Shown: piece by piece, positions 26,800 to 40,128 of the stretch
Numbering within the stretch: position 1 is the stretch's first letter
How the letters are laid out: every line of letters begins with the position of its first letter
NCBI GenBank assembly: GCA_951406725.2
Contig: OX597818.1
Coordinates: 137,764,001-137,828,000 of the forward strand
Direction of reading: 5' to 3'
Source of the DNA: Octopus vulgaris
Lineage: Eukaryota
DNA length: 64,000 bases
The notes under the pieces: model-generated
The model's input: only the letters and a program-made list of their open reading frames with translations
Databases searched by the model: none
Told to the model about the DNA's origin: nothing
Position numbers and translations under genes: made by a program

Positions 26800-28497
26800 C
26801 TGTGGGGTTGCACCTAGAAAGCTACCATCCAAGACACAATTATTGGGGAAGTTTCATTTATAAGGACGTACTCCCGTATTTGTCTGAGTGCTGAGTCTTT
26901 TTGGTGCTTGGATACGATGCGGATGTCAAGTTGACCCAAGTTGCCTCCATGGTGGTCTTTGGCATTTTGATAGAGTATGGAGGACTGTCTTTTGTCGACG
27001 TATTGTCTCAGATGTTCATTTAGTCGTTCCGCAATGCTCCTAGATGTCTCCCCTATGTACGTCATGTTCATGTCTTTACAAGCACATTCTATGCATCTTA
27101 TGCAGTAAACTACATTTCGAGTTCTATAGTTAATGCCAGGGCTAATCCTACTTACCATGCAGTTATCATTGGTGCATATGATATTCTCAAAGGGGTATGT
27201 CCTACATAGTTCTGATCTGACAGAGTTTCCTGGTGTTCAACAATCTTAATGTTGAGTTTGGTCTCCTTCAGAGCTTTTATAAATCTACGAGCTAGTTCTC
27301 CATTGGCTGTGGCCTCTACAAACATCACTCCTTGATATTTGTCGGTTTTATACCACGTGTTCGTTCTGTTTGCTTTGTCACAAGTTCTTTGTGTCCTATT
27401 CCATTCTTTGCTTCTATATCTAGGGCAGGTACCACTGGTATCATTACGTATAATGTTGTCTAATTTCTTTCTAGACCCCCTGTATACTCGAACCCTATCT
27501 TTCTGATCATATCCAGAGAACTGCATGCGGTACATGAAGTTCTGTATATGTATTTTCGTTTCATAGGGTTCGCATAGTGGCGACACATTGTTCATTATTC
27601 TAACTAAGTCTGCTATCAGTATGTTAATTTTCATGTCGAGTGACTAAGCAGAGTTCTTGTGAACAACATATTTTGAAGTTATAGGTTTCATGTAATAGGA
27701 GTGGAGGAGCTGCACTCTATTGTTCACAGTGTCTAACCAAAGTTCAGTATCAAGTACAGGGAGTCTGTTGTTGGCGTGCTTGGTGGGTTAATCTATAGTT
27801 ACCTTGATACTTTGGTGGATGGAGTTAGCTATTTGCTGGATGCTCTCCATTGCGTTCTTCTCAGTTTCTACACTACCATTACTAGAGTTGGTCCTATTAT
27901 ATTAATGTCATCTACATATCTACCGTAGAGTAGAAGAGTTGTGGACTGTTCTGTTAACATTTGTTTAAGTTTTCTGTCCCACCAGGTCATGAAGAGGCCA
28001 ACCACATCTCCAGCTACACCGGCACCGATTGCTGCACCTTGAACCTGCTTGTATAGTTTTTTTGTTAAACTTTACTATCTGGTTTTTCAAGGTGGTTTGT
28101 ACACTGGCCCCTATTGCATGTGTAATCATTTCTTTCACCTGATTGTTGTTCTCAGGGTTTCGGGTGGGTGCGGTCCAGCCACTCCAGCACTCTGTGGTGC
28201 TTTTCTTCACTGCTGAAGTGATGGTGAGTGGTCTTCCCCTCTGTGACCTGGTGGGGCAGAATCTACTGAGGTCCTGGTCATCTAAATAGTTACTGTCATA
28301 GCATAGTCTGAGGAGGAGGTCCAGTTCCCTCGAGTTGACCTTACGGAATTCCACCTCACTCTCACAGATTACCTGAATACATTTCTCCACAGCAAAATCT
28401 ATGTCTATAGATGGGTAGAGTGAAATAACATCCATACTATCCACTACACAACCTGTGAGGTCGTTGGAGTGGTTGCAAGTACTGATTTTACTGAGAT

Positions 28498-28500
<3 letters not shown>
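26800..28500 (-). mobile_element. Penelope-like retroelement, 5'-truncated and frameshifted (RT + GIY-YIG)
   Basis: SMDVISLYPSID, LYGRYVDDIN (27901-27930), LPVLDTELW, GIY-YIG VVYCIRCIEC...YIGETSRSIAERLNEH. Confidence 0.88.

Positions 28501-28553
<53 letters not shown>
28499..28553 (+). repeat. (CTA)n at the PLE 5' junction
   Basis: Direct reading. Confidence 0.95.
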
Positions 28554-28554
<1 letters not shown>

Positions 28555-29157
28555 TATTCATTTACCAACACCGTTGTTACTTTCCTTACTACGAATCATC
28601 ACTTCAGTTTGTACAAATACGTACATACACACATACATATGTGTGTGTGTCTGTGTTTGGGTATATGTAACTGTATATGTATACACACACACAACACACA
28701 CATACATGCATATGTGTAAAATCATACACGCTCACCATAAGCACATATATTCACATACATATATATATTATTCGATATTACCTGTCCGAATTCCACCTAA
28801 TGTCAATCAATAGACAGCAGTTTACAAAATTCAGATAAGCAGTCACAGAATTCAGATAAGAAATCAAAATTTATCTTTGTCTGTCGCAACACAAGCTAGA
28901 AATCTATTTATAGTTCTGCAGACGTGGGATATATAAATTGTTTTCAAATCAGATAAAAATACACGGACATGAGCATGAATCACACCACTAAAGTGCTAGC
29001 GTTTGGCATAACTTCCATCTCAGTGTGATAGCTTCAAATAATGACAGATAAGCAATGACATATACTACAGAATGTTTGGTTCGTTACGAAAAGCCAATTT
29101 TTTTTACAAAGTAGGGTATTATTACTGTTCTAAATAGTTTTTGCGAACTTTAAGGCC

Positions 29158-29413
<256 letters not shown>

Positions 29414-29415
<2 letters not shown>

Positions 29416-30450
29416 GGCGCTTTATTTCTGTCTTTCTTCGACACCACCACTTCCGTATCCCTGGCACACTCCATATCACTTTTACTGTCTCCATCTGTTA
29501 TCGCTTCAATTGGCACTTTAATCTCCATTTCTTCTTGGTCCCTCTCTACAGCCTTCTCATTAAGAGAAGGCTTGTGCTTGGGGCACTGCGTCTTCATGTG
29601 GCTTCTTATTCCACACTCGTAAAAATTTGGTCGGCGTCCCTCAACAATCACTTCGAGGGAAGTCGCTCTCGGAATCTCTATCTGGTAGGGGATAATTTTT
29701 TTTTGTCTCGACGCCGTATTCCCACCAGTTTAACTTGCTTTTTCTGCCACTTGTCCCTAATTCTGGATTCTCCTCGGTGGTAGCCATAACAGCTGTTACC
29801 AACTACTCTGGTTTTATTTCTGGTGGCACCCCTATACGTGGAAACAGCGTTACCTTTTCACTGCGTAAAATAGTGGTGGAAAGAGAGGCCGCCTCTTCTT
29901 TGGTGACCAACCTCACCTCCAGCGTACCATATTTCTTTCCTAAGCTGACGAAAGTTGTCGTTTTCAAAAGGAGTCTAAAACACCTCTCCACGTCATCTTC
30001 CGATAGGATTTCAATTTTAGTTGTGGCGACCTCATGCGTGCGGTACACTACCATCCTATCACTCTTATCTTTGACTGTTTCTTCTGAGGGGTACTAGCTT
30101 TATTGCGTCTGTATAAACTGTTCACTTCTTCGTATCTATTCCATATTCACTTTTATCTGTTTCAGGTCCAACGGCGGAGCTGCTCCTACTGCAGCGGCTT
30201 TTGCATAGCTCTCTATATTGAAAAACGAACTTTTCAGCCCTATAATGGGGAGAAAACAGTAAAAATGAAATACTCACGCGCGAGTCGCTCAACAGTAATC
30301 TTTAACAGTGATACACAATTTCAACAACGGACAGTCTCGAAGAGAAAGCCTTTAACTTGTAACAACAATCCAAAAACCATGGTCAAGAAAGACGAAACTC
30401 AGAACTCAAACAAACAAGTTGTTTGTCGGCAACTCCAGCGTCCTCTCAAC
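29414..30450 (-). mobile_element. L1/Tx1-type ORF1 (gag-like) remnant with 5' UTR
   Basis: VVYRTHEVATTKIEILSEDDVERCF...GKKYGTLEVRL and degenerate zinc knuckle FYECGIRSHMKTQCP; frameshifted. Confidence 0.6.
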
Positions 30451-30688
30451 GATTAGCCGGAGGTGAAATTTAAATTGAAATATCTGAAATAAACTCGACT
30501 GCTCTCATAAACGAGAATACTAAAAATGAACCCGACCGCTCTCAAAAATTAAGTACAATAAACAGAAAAATAATCCAGAATCCTTGTCGGTTTTAAATAA
30601 ATAGTATGAGCCCTTTTGGCTTTCTCTTCTCTTAAAATCCGGCCATTCTTTAGTAATCCTGTTGTTTTAGATCGATGTATAGAATTAT

Positions 30689-31095
30689 ACAGGAGTGGCT
30701 GTGAGGTAAGTAGCTTGCTAACCAACCACATGATTCCGGCTTCAGTCCCACTGCGTGGCACCTTGGGCAAGTGTCTTCTACTATAGCCCCGGGCCGACCA
30801 ATGCCTTGTGAGTGGATTTGGTAGACGGAAACTGAAAGAAGCCTGTCGTATATATGTATATATGTATATGTATGCGTGTGTGTGTTTGTTCCCCTAGCAT
30901 TGCTTGACAACCGATGCTGGTGTGTTTACGTCCCCGTCACTTAGCGGTTCGGCGAAAGAGACCGATAGAATAAGTACTGGGCTTGCAAAAGAATAAGTCT
31001 CGGGGTCGAGTTGCTCGATTAAAGGCGGTGCTCCAGCATGGTCGCAGTCAAATGACTGAAACAAGTAAAAGAGTAAGAGAGAGAGAGAGAGTAAG
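30689..31095 (+). mobile_element. SINE family A
   Basis: As above. Confidence 0.9.
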
Positions 31096-31214
31096 TATAA
31101 TGTAAAGTGTGAATATGTATTAATAATATAAAATATAAGGGAGATAATATGTTATATAAGGGAGATAATCAGAGAACGATTTCAAAGACCTCATCTAAAT
31201 TAAAGTAAATATTT

Positions 31215-31410
31215 AAAAAAATTATCCAGAACCATTGTCCAGTACCAGATCGATCCCAAAATCTAATCAGTTCGTGCCAGTCACGAGGTCAAATATCCCT
31301 GAAAGTTTCATCCGAATCCATTCAGCAGTTCTTGAGATATTTTGTCCACGGACAAATGAACAAACGCGACCGAAAACGATACCTCCACCTTCACTAAGGT
31401 AGCGGTAATA
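31215..31410. mobile_element. HINE/Helentron-like non-autonomous fragment
   Basis: gaaagtttcatccgaatcc...gagatattttgtccacggacaaatgaacaaac plus terminal hairpin acctccaccttcactaaggtagcggtaata; resembles DINE/HINE ends. Confidence 0.55.
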
Positions 31411-31506
31411 AATGAGAAGTTATAAAATAGGGAAATGGCGGCAGTGACAAATTCCAGGGATTGTTACAATGATATCTGATGAACTGCTATTAAGATACAA
31501 ATAATA

Positions 31507-31705
31507 GGCTGTGAGCTGGCGCAATCCTTAGCACGTCGGGAAAATGCTTAGCAGCATTTCGATTGCGTTTAAATTCCGCCAAGATCGACTTTGCATTTCA
31601 TTCTTTCGGGGTCGATGAAATAAGTACAAGTTGGACACCGGGGTCGATGAAATCGATTTACTCCCCACCCCGAACTTGCTGCCCTTGCGCCAAGACTTGA
31701 AATCA
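31507..31705 (+). mobile_element. Diverged SINE family B
   Basis: gagctggcgcaatc...gactttgcatttcattctttcggggtcga. Confidence 0.7.
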
Positions 31706-33959
31706 GATAGTTTTGGCTTAGTTGTAATGACACTGATTAGAGTCTCAAATGGTAAATCTTAGCTCAATGTTGGGTATATTGAAATAGTAAATAAATGGCT
31801 GTAATGATGCAGTTCAGTTGTGGTTTACTGCAACAACTCAATCGTTTATCACATGGGTGATAAACATGTGTATATGTTTAGTAAGAGAGATCAAGTTTAA
31901 CTCTGCGTACGTCTCTTTATTTAGTTATTCTCGTAATACCCGTATGCGTTTTACCTCCATTTCTTCAGGCCTGACCCACTAGACAGTGAAAAAGACATAT
32001 TCGGAGGTGAGTAGCGATACCATCAACTCCTGAAGAATTAATGTTGTTCCTCTTTAAAACTGTTCTTAGTTGATCTTTGAAATGCCGCTTTTGTTGTCCT
32101 GTCATATGTTGACCATGGTGTAAGTTGCTATGGAGGATCCTATGTGAAATAGAGGTGCATACAACTGAGCCATCTCAGTTGATGTTTGCTTTTTATGTGA
32201 ATTCACTTCTGCACGTAATCATTTCTCTGCGTTTAGTCTTCTCTCGCCAAGTGATTGAAATGATCCGTGGACCACCAAGATCTTACTATGTCGGATGTAT
32301 ATACACATAGACATACTTACGAATATATAAGATTCCTAATTGGTAGAATCGCGAAAGGATTGCATAGAAAGGCCCGTGTGTTTTATTCCGACTCTTGGCA
32401 CTCAAATTAAGTTTGTCATTCATCCTTTCGGAATCGAAAAAAACTAAATTCCAATCTGGGTGGATCGGATTGGCAGACCTGTGAGAGTTCGAGCAAGATG
32501 CCTGCGTTGTATGTTCAGACTCTTTGCCCTCTAACAGCAATGTCCGCAACGATGCTGGTGCCTGGTTGCATCGGCCCAAATCGGTAGATCTTCCCAGGAA
32601 TAACCATCATTGTCATGGTGAGACGAGTTATGCATGGATGCATAACTACCAGATTTCACAATAAAATCTTGCTCAGTTTTGCACATACATGTGCCGCAGA
32701 CTGTTGGCCTTCATCGAAGGGCGTCCTTCCTTCATGCAGTAAAGAAAACAGATATGATGTTACATCTTTTTAATACCAGCCAACCGTTAGGCCAGAGTAA
32801 ATAGCCAAGAGATGTGTGGCTGCAAAATAGTCAGCTGACACTTTGTAATAAGTAAAGATCAAAAATGGTTGTCTTTTATCTTTTCGGTTTTACGCGTTTC
32901 CATCTTTATAAATAAACGACGGGCTTTTAAGAGACTGTACAACAAAAAAACTTTTACTCGTTGAGGTGTCTATTGTTGAGCAATTTCATAATTTTGTCAT
33001 ATCAAAAATTGATCCAACTTTTCCAACAACAGTTTATTATTTGTAATTCCTTTAGCAGTTTTCAGTGTCAGTTACAATTTAGTCTATTAGTAAACTTCTC
33101 TCTTCCTCTCTCCCTCTCTCTTTCTCTCTGTATGTTTGTCGCTCTCTCTCTCTCTCTCTGCCTGTCTCTCTCTGTCTCTCTCTGTCTCTCTCCCAATTTT
33201 CCTCTCTGTCTGCTTCTTTCTCTCTCTCTTTATATGTGTGTTAGCGTATTCTTGTGTGATCTTATAATGTCCTTATTTTCTCTCTGTTTCATTAATATTC
33301 GTTGCTCTTCTAAGACAGTAACGTGTAATTTTCAAGGACAGTTGGATGTTATTTCAAGCAGTTCAATAGACCTAATAAAAGCCCTTCGTTGTTGGCTGAA
33401 TTTGCAACTGTGTTGTAAATGTAACATACAGATATATCATTCGTCTTTTTCAATAGTAGTTTTGTCTATAGTCGGATACAGATGAGGTTATATGAGTCAT
33501 ATCATAACCGTTATGAAAGTTAATAGTTGAACAATATTATCACTCACGTTAGTTATTTTATAAGACTAACAATAATCCATGTTATCAAATGCGTAGTAAA
33601 TCATATTACCTGAGCCATTCTACACACCACTATCAGAGCTATGCTACGCCATATTTACATAGACATGTTAAAATGTATAATTAATGAAATACTAAACTGT
33701 AGTATCAGTCATCTCAAACCATAAAAAAGTTATTCTAAATCCTTTTGTCAGAAATATGCTAAATCATGTTACCTGTTCAATCATTTTAAAGAGTTGTTTC
33801 AAAAGAAAATTTTCGCGGCTTCCCAATTTAATTTCATACGGTAAATAATATAATTGGTGTTACTTGCACACAATAAAAAAAAACTCCATTAACAAAAAGA
33901 TAATGATGTTTTTAAGTATTTAGTTTTAAGTAATTAACAGTTTGGAAAATGATTAGGGG

Positions 33960-34510
33960 TGGGGAAGAAGATGACCTCGTTTGTGGGATGTGTGCCATCG
34001 AGCGAGGGAGTTGAGGCCCCTTCTTGTGAAGGTGTTGAAGAATGTATGTTCTGCTATCTCAAGGAGGGGTTATTGACAGTTTTGTGGATAATGAAATGGA
34101 TAGTCGGGTCCTGAGAGAACCGAATTGTATTGAGAGCCCAGAGTGGCCTTCGCAGGTGGCTGCTCTGGTGCTGGAAAGAAAGTATTGTGATCAGATAATT
34201 GACTCGCGTAAAAACGAGAATTATTGAATCCTTTTTTTGGAATCCCAGATTTCGGTGGCAGCAATGCCTGCAAGTTGCAAGAAATTTACTCGGGGAAGAA
34301 TTGTAGAGGTTTATCGCCTCTAATTTGTGTATAAATTGTAATTTATAATTGTATGGACTTTTTAGTCCAAATATATTGTATTTTAAATTGTAAGAGGGTT
34401 AATACCTCTGTACATGCATTTTTAAAGAACAATGTTTTAGAGAAGCAGAGGGTCGGCGGGCGCCTTCTGCCTTCTCCTATCTTTATCATTTTTCATCATA
34501 ATCATCCGCC
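33960..34510 (+). mobile_element. Possible decayed L1/Tx1 3' end
   Basis: Broken coding-like stretch followed by a tgta-rich 3'UTR-like segment similar in style to 43500-43730. Confidence 0.3.
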
Positions 34511-34587
34511 TCATTAATGTCTATGTCCAGCCCGCTAAGCTACCTAAATTATGTACTGTTTTTATGACAAATTTAATGAAATAAAGT

Positions 34588-34984
34588 CGCTTGCTTACGA
34601 ACCAGATGGTTCCGGATTCAGTCCCAATGCGTGGCACCTTAGACAAGTGTCTTCTACTATAGCCTCGGGCCGACCAAAATCCTTGTGAGTGGATTTGGTA
34701 GACGGAAACTGAAAGAAGCCCGTCGTATATATGTATATATACATATGTATATGTGTGTGTGTGTATATGTTTGTGTGTCTGTGTTTGTACCCCAACATCG
34801 CTTGACAACCGATGCTGGTGTGTTTACGTCCCCGTAACTTAGCAGTTCGGCAAAAGAGACGGATAGTACTAGGCTTACAAAGAATAAGTCCTGGAGTTGA
34901 TTTGCTCGACTAAAGGCGGTGCTCTAGCATGGCCACAGTCAAATGACTGAAACAAGTAAAAGAGTAAGAGAGTAAAAGAGTAAG
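34588..34984 (+). mobile_element. SINE family A, 5'-truncated
   Basis: As above. Confidence 0.88.
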
Positions 34985-35796
34985 TAAAAAGGTCATTTTA
35001 ATGTTATATAATTAAAATTTATTATATAAGTCGTTAAAAAAAATGTTGCGCGGTAAGACGTCTGCAGTCAGACTACATGGTTCCGAGTTGTTCCACCGTG
35101 AGATGCTAAGTGACTTCAACTATAGTGACTCCAACTATAGCCCCAGGGTGCTCAAAGCCTTGTGAATGAATTTGGTAGACAATAAGTATATTACTTGAGC
35201 CGATTTGTACAACCAAACGTTTCGAGGCGTTGCCTCAGTGTGCCGCAATGAGTGAAGCAAGTGGAAAAGATAAACAATAAAAAAGATACCAAAAATTGTA
35301 AACTTTCTGATGTCTTAAATTATTTCGACATTTGATGCCTGATATGCTTCTACTGAATCTTGACCTTTTGTACATTTAATGAACTCTTAATTACCAATTG
35401 AAAGAAATACTCCAATGTTAATTAACTCTAATAACGACCCCTTTGTTATTAGTTTGCTCAATCTGTTTGAAATTGTAGCTAAACATTTCTTCAAGTGAAA
35501 TCCCATCTGTTTTAGACAAGAGACGAGTAGAACCTGATATACGAAAAATATGGAGTAGCCAAGACAGAAATGCCTTCGATTATAGGTTTAATTGATCAGA
35601 GCTGGCGGGGTTGAGGGTAAAAAAGAATGATAAAAATGTCCTATAAATGGCGACAGAAATCAATATCAAAATTTAAAAATAACAACTGGAAAAATATAAA
35701 AATAATTTAGAAGTGAAGAAATAAAATTCACTGACTGAAGAACAACGATTGTTGATCCATGTTTTACTGACATTACGGGTAATAGAGAACAGAGTT

Positions 35797-36738
35797 TTAT
35801 AAAGGAATTCCTTGTTGATATAAGACTGTTTTTATTGACATTCTCAAGCTGTCTATCGGTTCCTCGAGGCATAACTTTTCGATTTCACGTAATTTATCAT
35901 AGAAATACCTCTTTTCCCGATTCGAATGTTCGTAATTAGTGGACAACTTTTCCTTTTCTTTCTGAAGTTCCCTAACTGCTTGTTCAAGCTCTGCTTTCTC
36001 TCGTAATAAATCAGATCGAAGTTCTTTTTGTTCATCTGCTTCTTGTTCGAAGCTGTAAATGCTGTTAAGAATCCCGCAATAAGTTTCGTCAGTCTGCGAC
36101 AAAGTATCTACCAAATTGGCCTTAGTTAATATGCTCACAGCACTTTGTAGCCTTGAAGGAGGAGGAGAATTAGAAGTATGATGAGGAGATTGAGGTGGAG
36201 GAGAAGATGTAGTAGGAGAGATAATAGCTGCTCTTTGTTTGATGTACTTTGGCATTCTCTTGGCTTCTGCTGCTAACCTGCATTCTCCTCCGCGTATGTC
36301 CTTGGTGAATCGATCTTTTGATGCTGCTCGGTTGCAACACATTTGGCGTAGCTTATTTACGTCGTAAGGTTCGCCACTGTAGTTAGCCTCAAAAAACCCC
36401 TTAAACCATTGTCCAAAATAGTAGTTAGCTTGGAAGTTTCCCCGCATCATATTTTCCATTGGGAAATTCTTTTCTACACCGACAGTATTGAATGCACTTT
36501 GGAGCCGTTTAAAATTATTATGTCTCGAGCTAACACTTAGGTTCTTACCGAACCTGATCTCGGAAACTTTAATAGAATTAGGAAAAAGTAAAAACATCCC
36601 GAAACATAAATCGAATCCGCTGCCAAGGTCTTCAATGCGCTCAAGTTGAGGGTTAATGTACCGTTGGAGGAAGTCCATCAATTCCTTTTTACTAGTATTT
36701 CGGACATTTGGTAATACTGTAATAGCTTTCCAAGCCAT
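35797..36738 (-). CDS. Divergent microtubule plus-end-binding protein, EB1/MAPRE (RP/EB) family; single-exon ORF of 313 aa
   Basis: CH domain (IEDLGSG..C..M.LLFPNSI, NFKRLQSAF, RGNFQANYYFGQWFKGFFEANYSGEPYD vs EB1 [28 protein letters not shown]), coiled coil, EBH motif REKRYFYDKLREIEKLC; strong Kozak ACCATGG; no disruptions. Confidence 0.9.
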   Translation of the reverse strand: MAWKAITVLPNVRNTSKKELMDFLQRYINPQLERIEDLGSGFDLCFGMFLLFPNSIKVSEIRFGKNLSVSSRHNNFKRLQSAFNTVGVEKNFPMENMMRGNFQANYYFGQWFKGFFEANYSGEPYDVNKLRQMCCNRAASKDRFTKDIRGGECRLAAEAKRMPKYIKQRAAIISPTTSSPPPQSPHHTSNSPPPSRLQSAVSILTKANLVDTLSQTDETYCGILNSIYSFEQEADEQKELRSDLLREKAELEQAVRELQKEKEKLSTNYEHSNREKRYFYDKLREIEKLCLEEPIDSLRMSIKTVLYQQGIPL

Positions 36739-38259
36739 GGTAGATGCCTTTTTTTCTTTAATTCGCTTTTTAATTATTTTTCCGAATAGTTAATTTTCGT
36801 TCTTTTAATAGTTCTGTAATTCTGAGGGGTAATTTTCAATTTAGATTTATTTACTATTTTCAATTTTTCAATTAGTTTCAAATGACAAGCAGCAGGGGCG
36901 ATATGGATAACAAGAAAAGATATATATCTGGTTTCAGAGAATTATAACAATTATCTAAGTTTTGCAGCTTACTAACTTTCCAGAAGCGAATTTTCTTTGT
37001 TCGTATTAGACGCTTAGGAAGGCTTAGAAACTATAGGAAAAAATAAAGGCCAAAAAGCGACATCCCAAGAATGCGTTACTTTCTAACGATCCTTGTTGTT
37101 ACGTCATTTACTTGTTTATAACGTCATAGAATTCAGCTTGAGTTATCACTTCAATAAGTTTCACTCAAACTTCAATGTAACATTTACGTAGCTTAACAGT
37201 AGTCTGTCTATAAAAGGCAATACGGGAGTATTGTGACTCATGACTTGTGAAATTTGGTAGTTTCAACTCTGCATGGGTTATTTATCGTTGTTGTTGATAT
37301 TTTTTTCCACCTCAGTTCAGTTCTAACTGAGCAGATCTATAATCAAAGACTCCCGACCATGACAACCTCATCTTCGTTTTCTTTTTTTTCTTTTTTAACG
37401 GGCATTGTTTACGTAGGATTACATTATCCCGTGTGCTTGTAGCGATTGGTGATACTTATACCCAGATTACTCATAATCGAGGTAACTGATCGAAGGTGCT
37501 CTAGCTGTGATCCTTCCGTGTTTTACTACATAACTCCATGTTTTAATACGAGGAACGTATTGCACAAGCAGTAAATGTTCCTACAAGCACATTTATCCAA
37601 TCACCAATACAGATTCCATACGGGTTGAACACCATATAGCTATAGCTTGAGTAAATCGAAGAATTTGAAAACCATAGACACACACGTATGTGCAGCAATA
37701 CGCATACACAGAAAACAGAGTGTGCGTGCGCACACACACATACACACACACACACGCACGCACACATACACACACATTCACACACACACACACACACGCA
37801 GCCTCTTCCACGACGTAATTGTTTCACAATATATCTAAACATTTGCCCAGCAAAGATAATTGTGTTTGTGTGCTTGAATGTTGTGTTTTTTAAATATATA
37901 TATTAGTTAAGAGGGAAGAACGGTGCGCTTGGCCCTGTAAAGGACCATCAAAAATAGTGGGAAGGAGGAAGGGAGAAAGTGTCCTTAATTTGATGACCTA
38001 CTTCTCTCCTCGTGCTTACAATAAAGTGGATGCCAAGAAGTGGTGATAAACCCACTGACGGATTAAGTCTGCCACTCAAGTAGACCACGGTGCGATTCGA
38101 ACTCAGAATGCAAAGAGCCGAAACAAATACCACCAAGGCATCTACTCCGACTCTATGGCTATTCTGCCAGTTCTCTGCCTTAGATTTGTATTTTATTTTT
38201 CGATCCCGGAATGATGAAAGCCAAAGTTTGCATCGGCGGGATTAGAACATTATATTTAA

Positions 38260-38600
38260 CGCTCCCGACACAATACAGATTTGCAACGCATAAATCCAAA
38301 ACTACAACGTTCTTTGTCCTCAACAAGCCGTGCTCTGTTTAACATTATCCCGGATAACATGAAAAAAGAAAAAGTTCCCATCACCTTCAAATGGAACCTG
38401 GACAACTTCAAGAGATACCAGATAAGCCATCTACACATCGATTCATCTCAGTCAGCAACATCTTCTTACTTGAATGGACGATGATGCCAAAAAACTTAAC
38501 TTTAAAATGACTTAACAGATCCTATCAGGTGGTGCTATTACGTTTAAAAATGACCAGGGTCAACCTTTGGCCGAAACATATCCAAGTTATCTAAGTTTAT
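38260..38600 (+). mobile_element. CR1-like LINE 3' end, decayed
   Basis: RALFNIIPDNMK...FKWNLDNF resembles the CR1 ORF2 C-terminus. Confidence 0.5.
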
Positions 38601-39774
38601 TTAGCAATTTATTTAGAAGTACAGAGAGTGCAAAAGAAGGGAGAAATAACAAGATGACTAAAAACGTACAGTAATGAAAAAGGATGCACGAAAATTGTTA
38701 TCCGTATCTTGTCTCCATAATCAGGATACTTAATTCTGATACACCTGACTTGTAAACGAATATCAAACGGCTTCCATTTCGATGCAGTTGCTGCCATTGT
38801 TGTTGTTGTTGTTGGTTGTGTTGGTAATGATGTTCTTGTTTTTTTTTTTTGGTACAATTGTTTGCATTGCTTGTACATTATTATTGGTGTTGGCTTTTTT
38901 TACTGTTGTTAGAGGTAGCAGAGTTGGGGGTTGGTTTTATTGTTGCTGTTGTAGGTGTTGATGCTGTTTTGGTGGTGCTACAAGTATTGTTGTTATTGGT
39001 GTTACTGTTGATGCACTGGCTGGGCTGTTGATGACAGTGGTCGGCGTAGCGTTGATAGTGATATTACTGCAGGTAATACTTGTTGTTAGTGGTGATAGCG
39101 ATACTACAGCTAATGATATTGTATACGCCCGTTCCTGATTACACTAATCGATGATATATAATTAAAGGTAATTTCCGAGATATGTATCTAATATTATGTT
39201 ACACAACGTGATGCTAACATCATTTTTATGACTCAATGGAAATTTGGCTATTATTTCTGGTAGATGAAACAGCCGCGTATAGGCTGTCTGATGTAGGCAA
39301 AATTAAGAAACATTTCTTGTATTATTTATCAAATATTGACTTCAAATATTGGTAAGAAAATGTCAAGCATTTGAAGATAAGGAATAGACTCAGGGCATTG
39401 GTGGTATTTGCGATAGTAGACCTAGAAAAATTGATGCCCATGTTGTTTGTCAGCAAGATTTCAACAAGGAACTTCGTAAATTACTGAACCCAACACCTGC
39501 AATGCGTATAAGTTTGAGGAATTATGCGTTCCATCGAGCAGAATTCTACATTACTTCTCTTTCTCTTCATGTGCCGTGCCTGTAAGCGTCGGTGATCATG
39601 AATCTTCGCGCTCGCCTATTCTCCCGCAAATCTTAGCACATTATTGAATATATTTTTCCGTAACCAGCTGGTGACGCCATCGGGTATCTTCTATCTCACT
39701 ATCTTCCCTAGTTTTTCCTTTCAGTTTTCCAGTTCTAACTACTAACAACTCAAGACTTATTTTTACTCATTTGT

Positions 39775-39834
39775 TAGTGGATTTAGTAGACGGAAACTGA
39801 AAGAAGTCCGTCGTATATATGTATATATATATAT

Positions 39835-39917
<83 letters not shown>

Positions 39918-40128
39918 TGTATGTGTGTGTATATGTTTGTGTGTCTGCCTTTGTCCCCCCAACATCGCTTGACAACTGATAGTGGTGTGTTTACGTCCCC
40001 GTAACTTAGCGGTTCGGCAAAAGAGACCGATAGAATAAGTACTGGGGTCGATTTGTTCGACTAAAGGCGGTGCTCCAGCATGGCCGCAGTCAAATGACTG
40101 AAACAAGTAAAAGAGTAAAAGAGAGAGA
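39775..40128 (+). mobile_element. SINE family A, 5'-truncated
   Basis: As above. Confidence 0.85.

Noticed and set aside
27965-28561. ORF with an N-terminal poly-Val signal-like segment
   Set aside because: Poly-Val is the (TAG)n array read into a truncated PLE RT; not a real fusion gene
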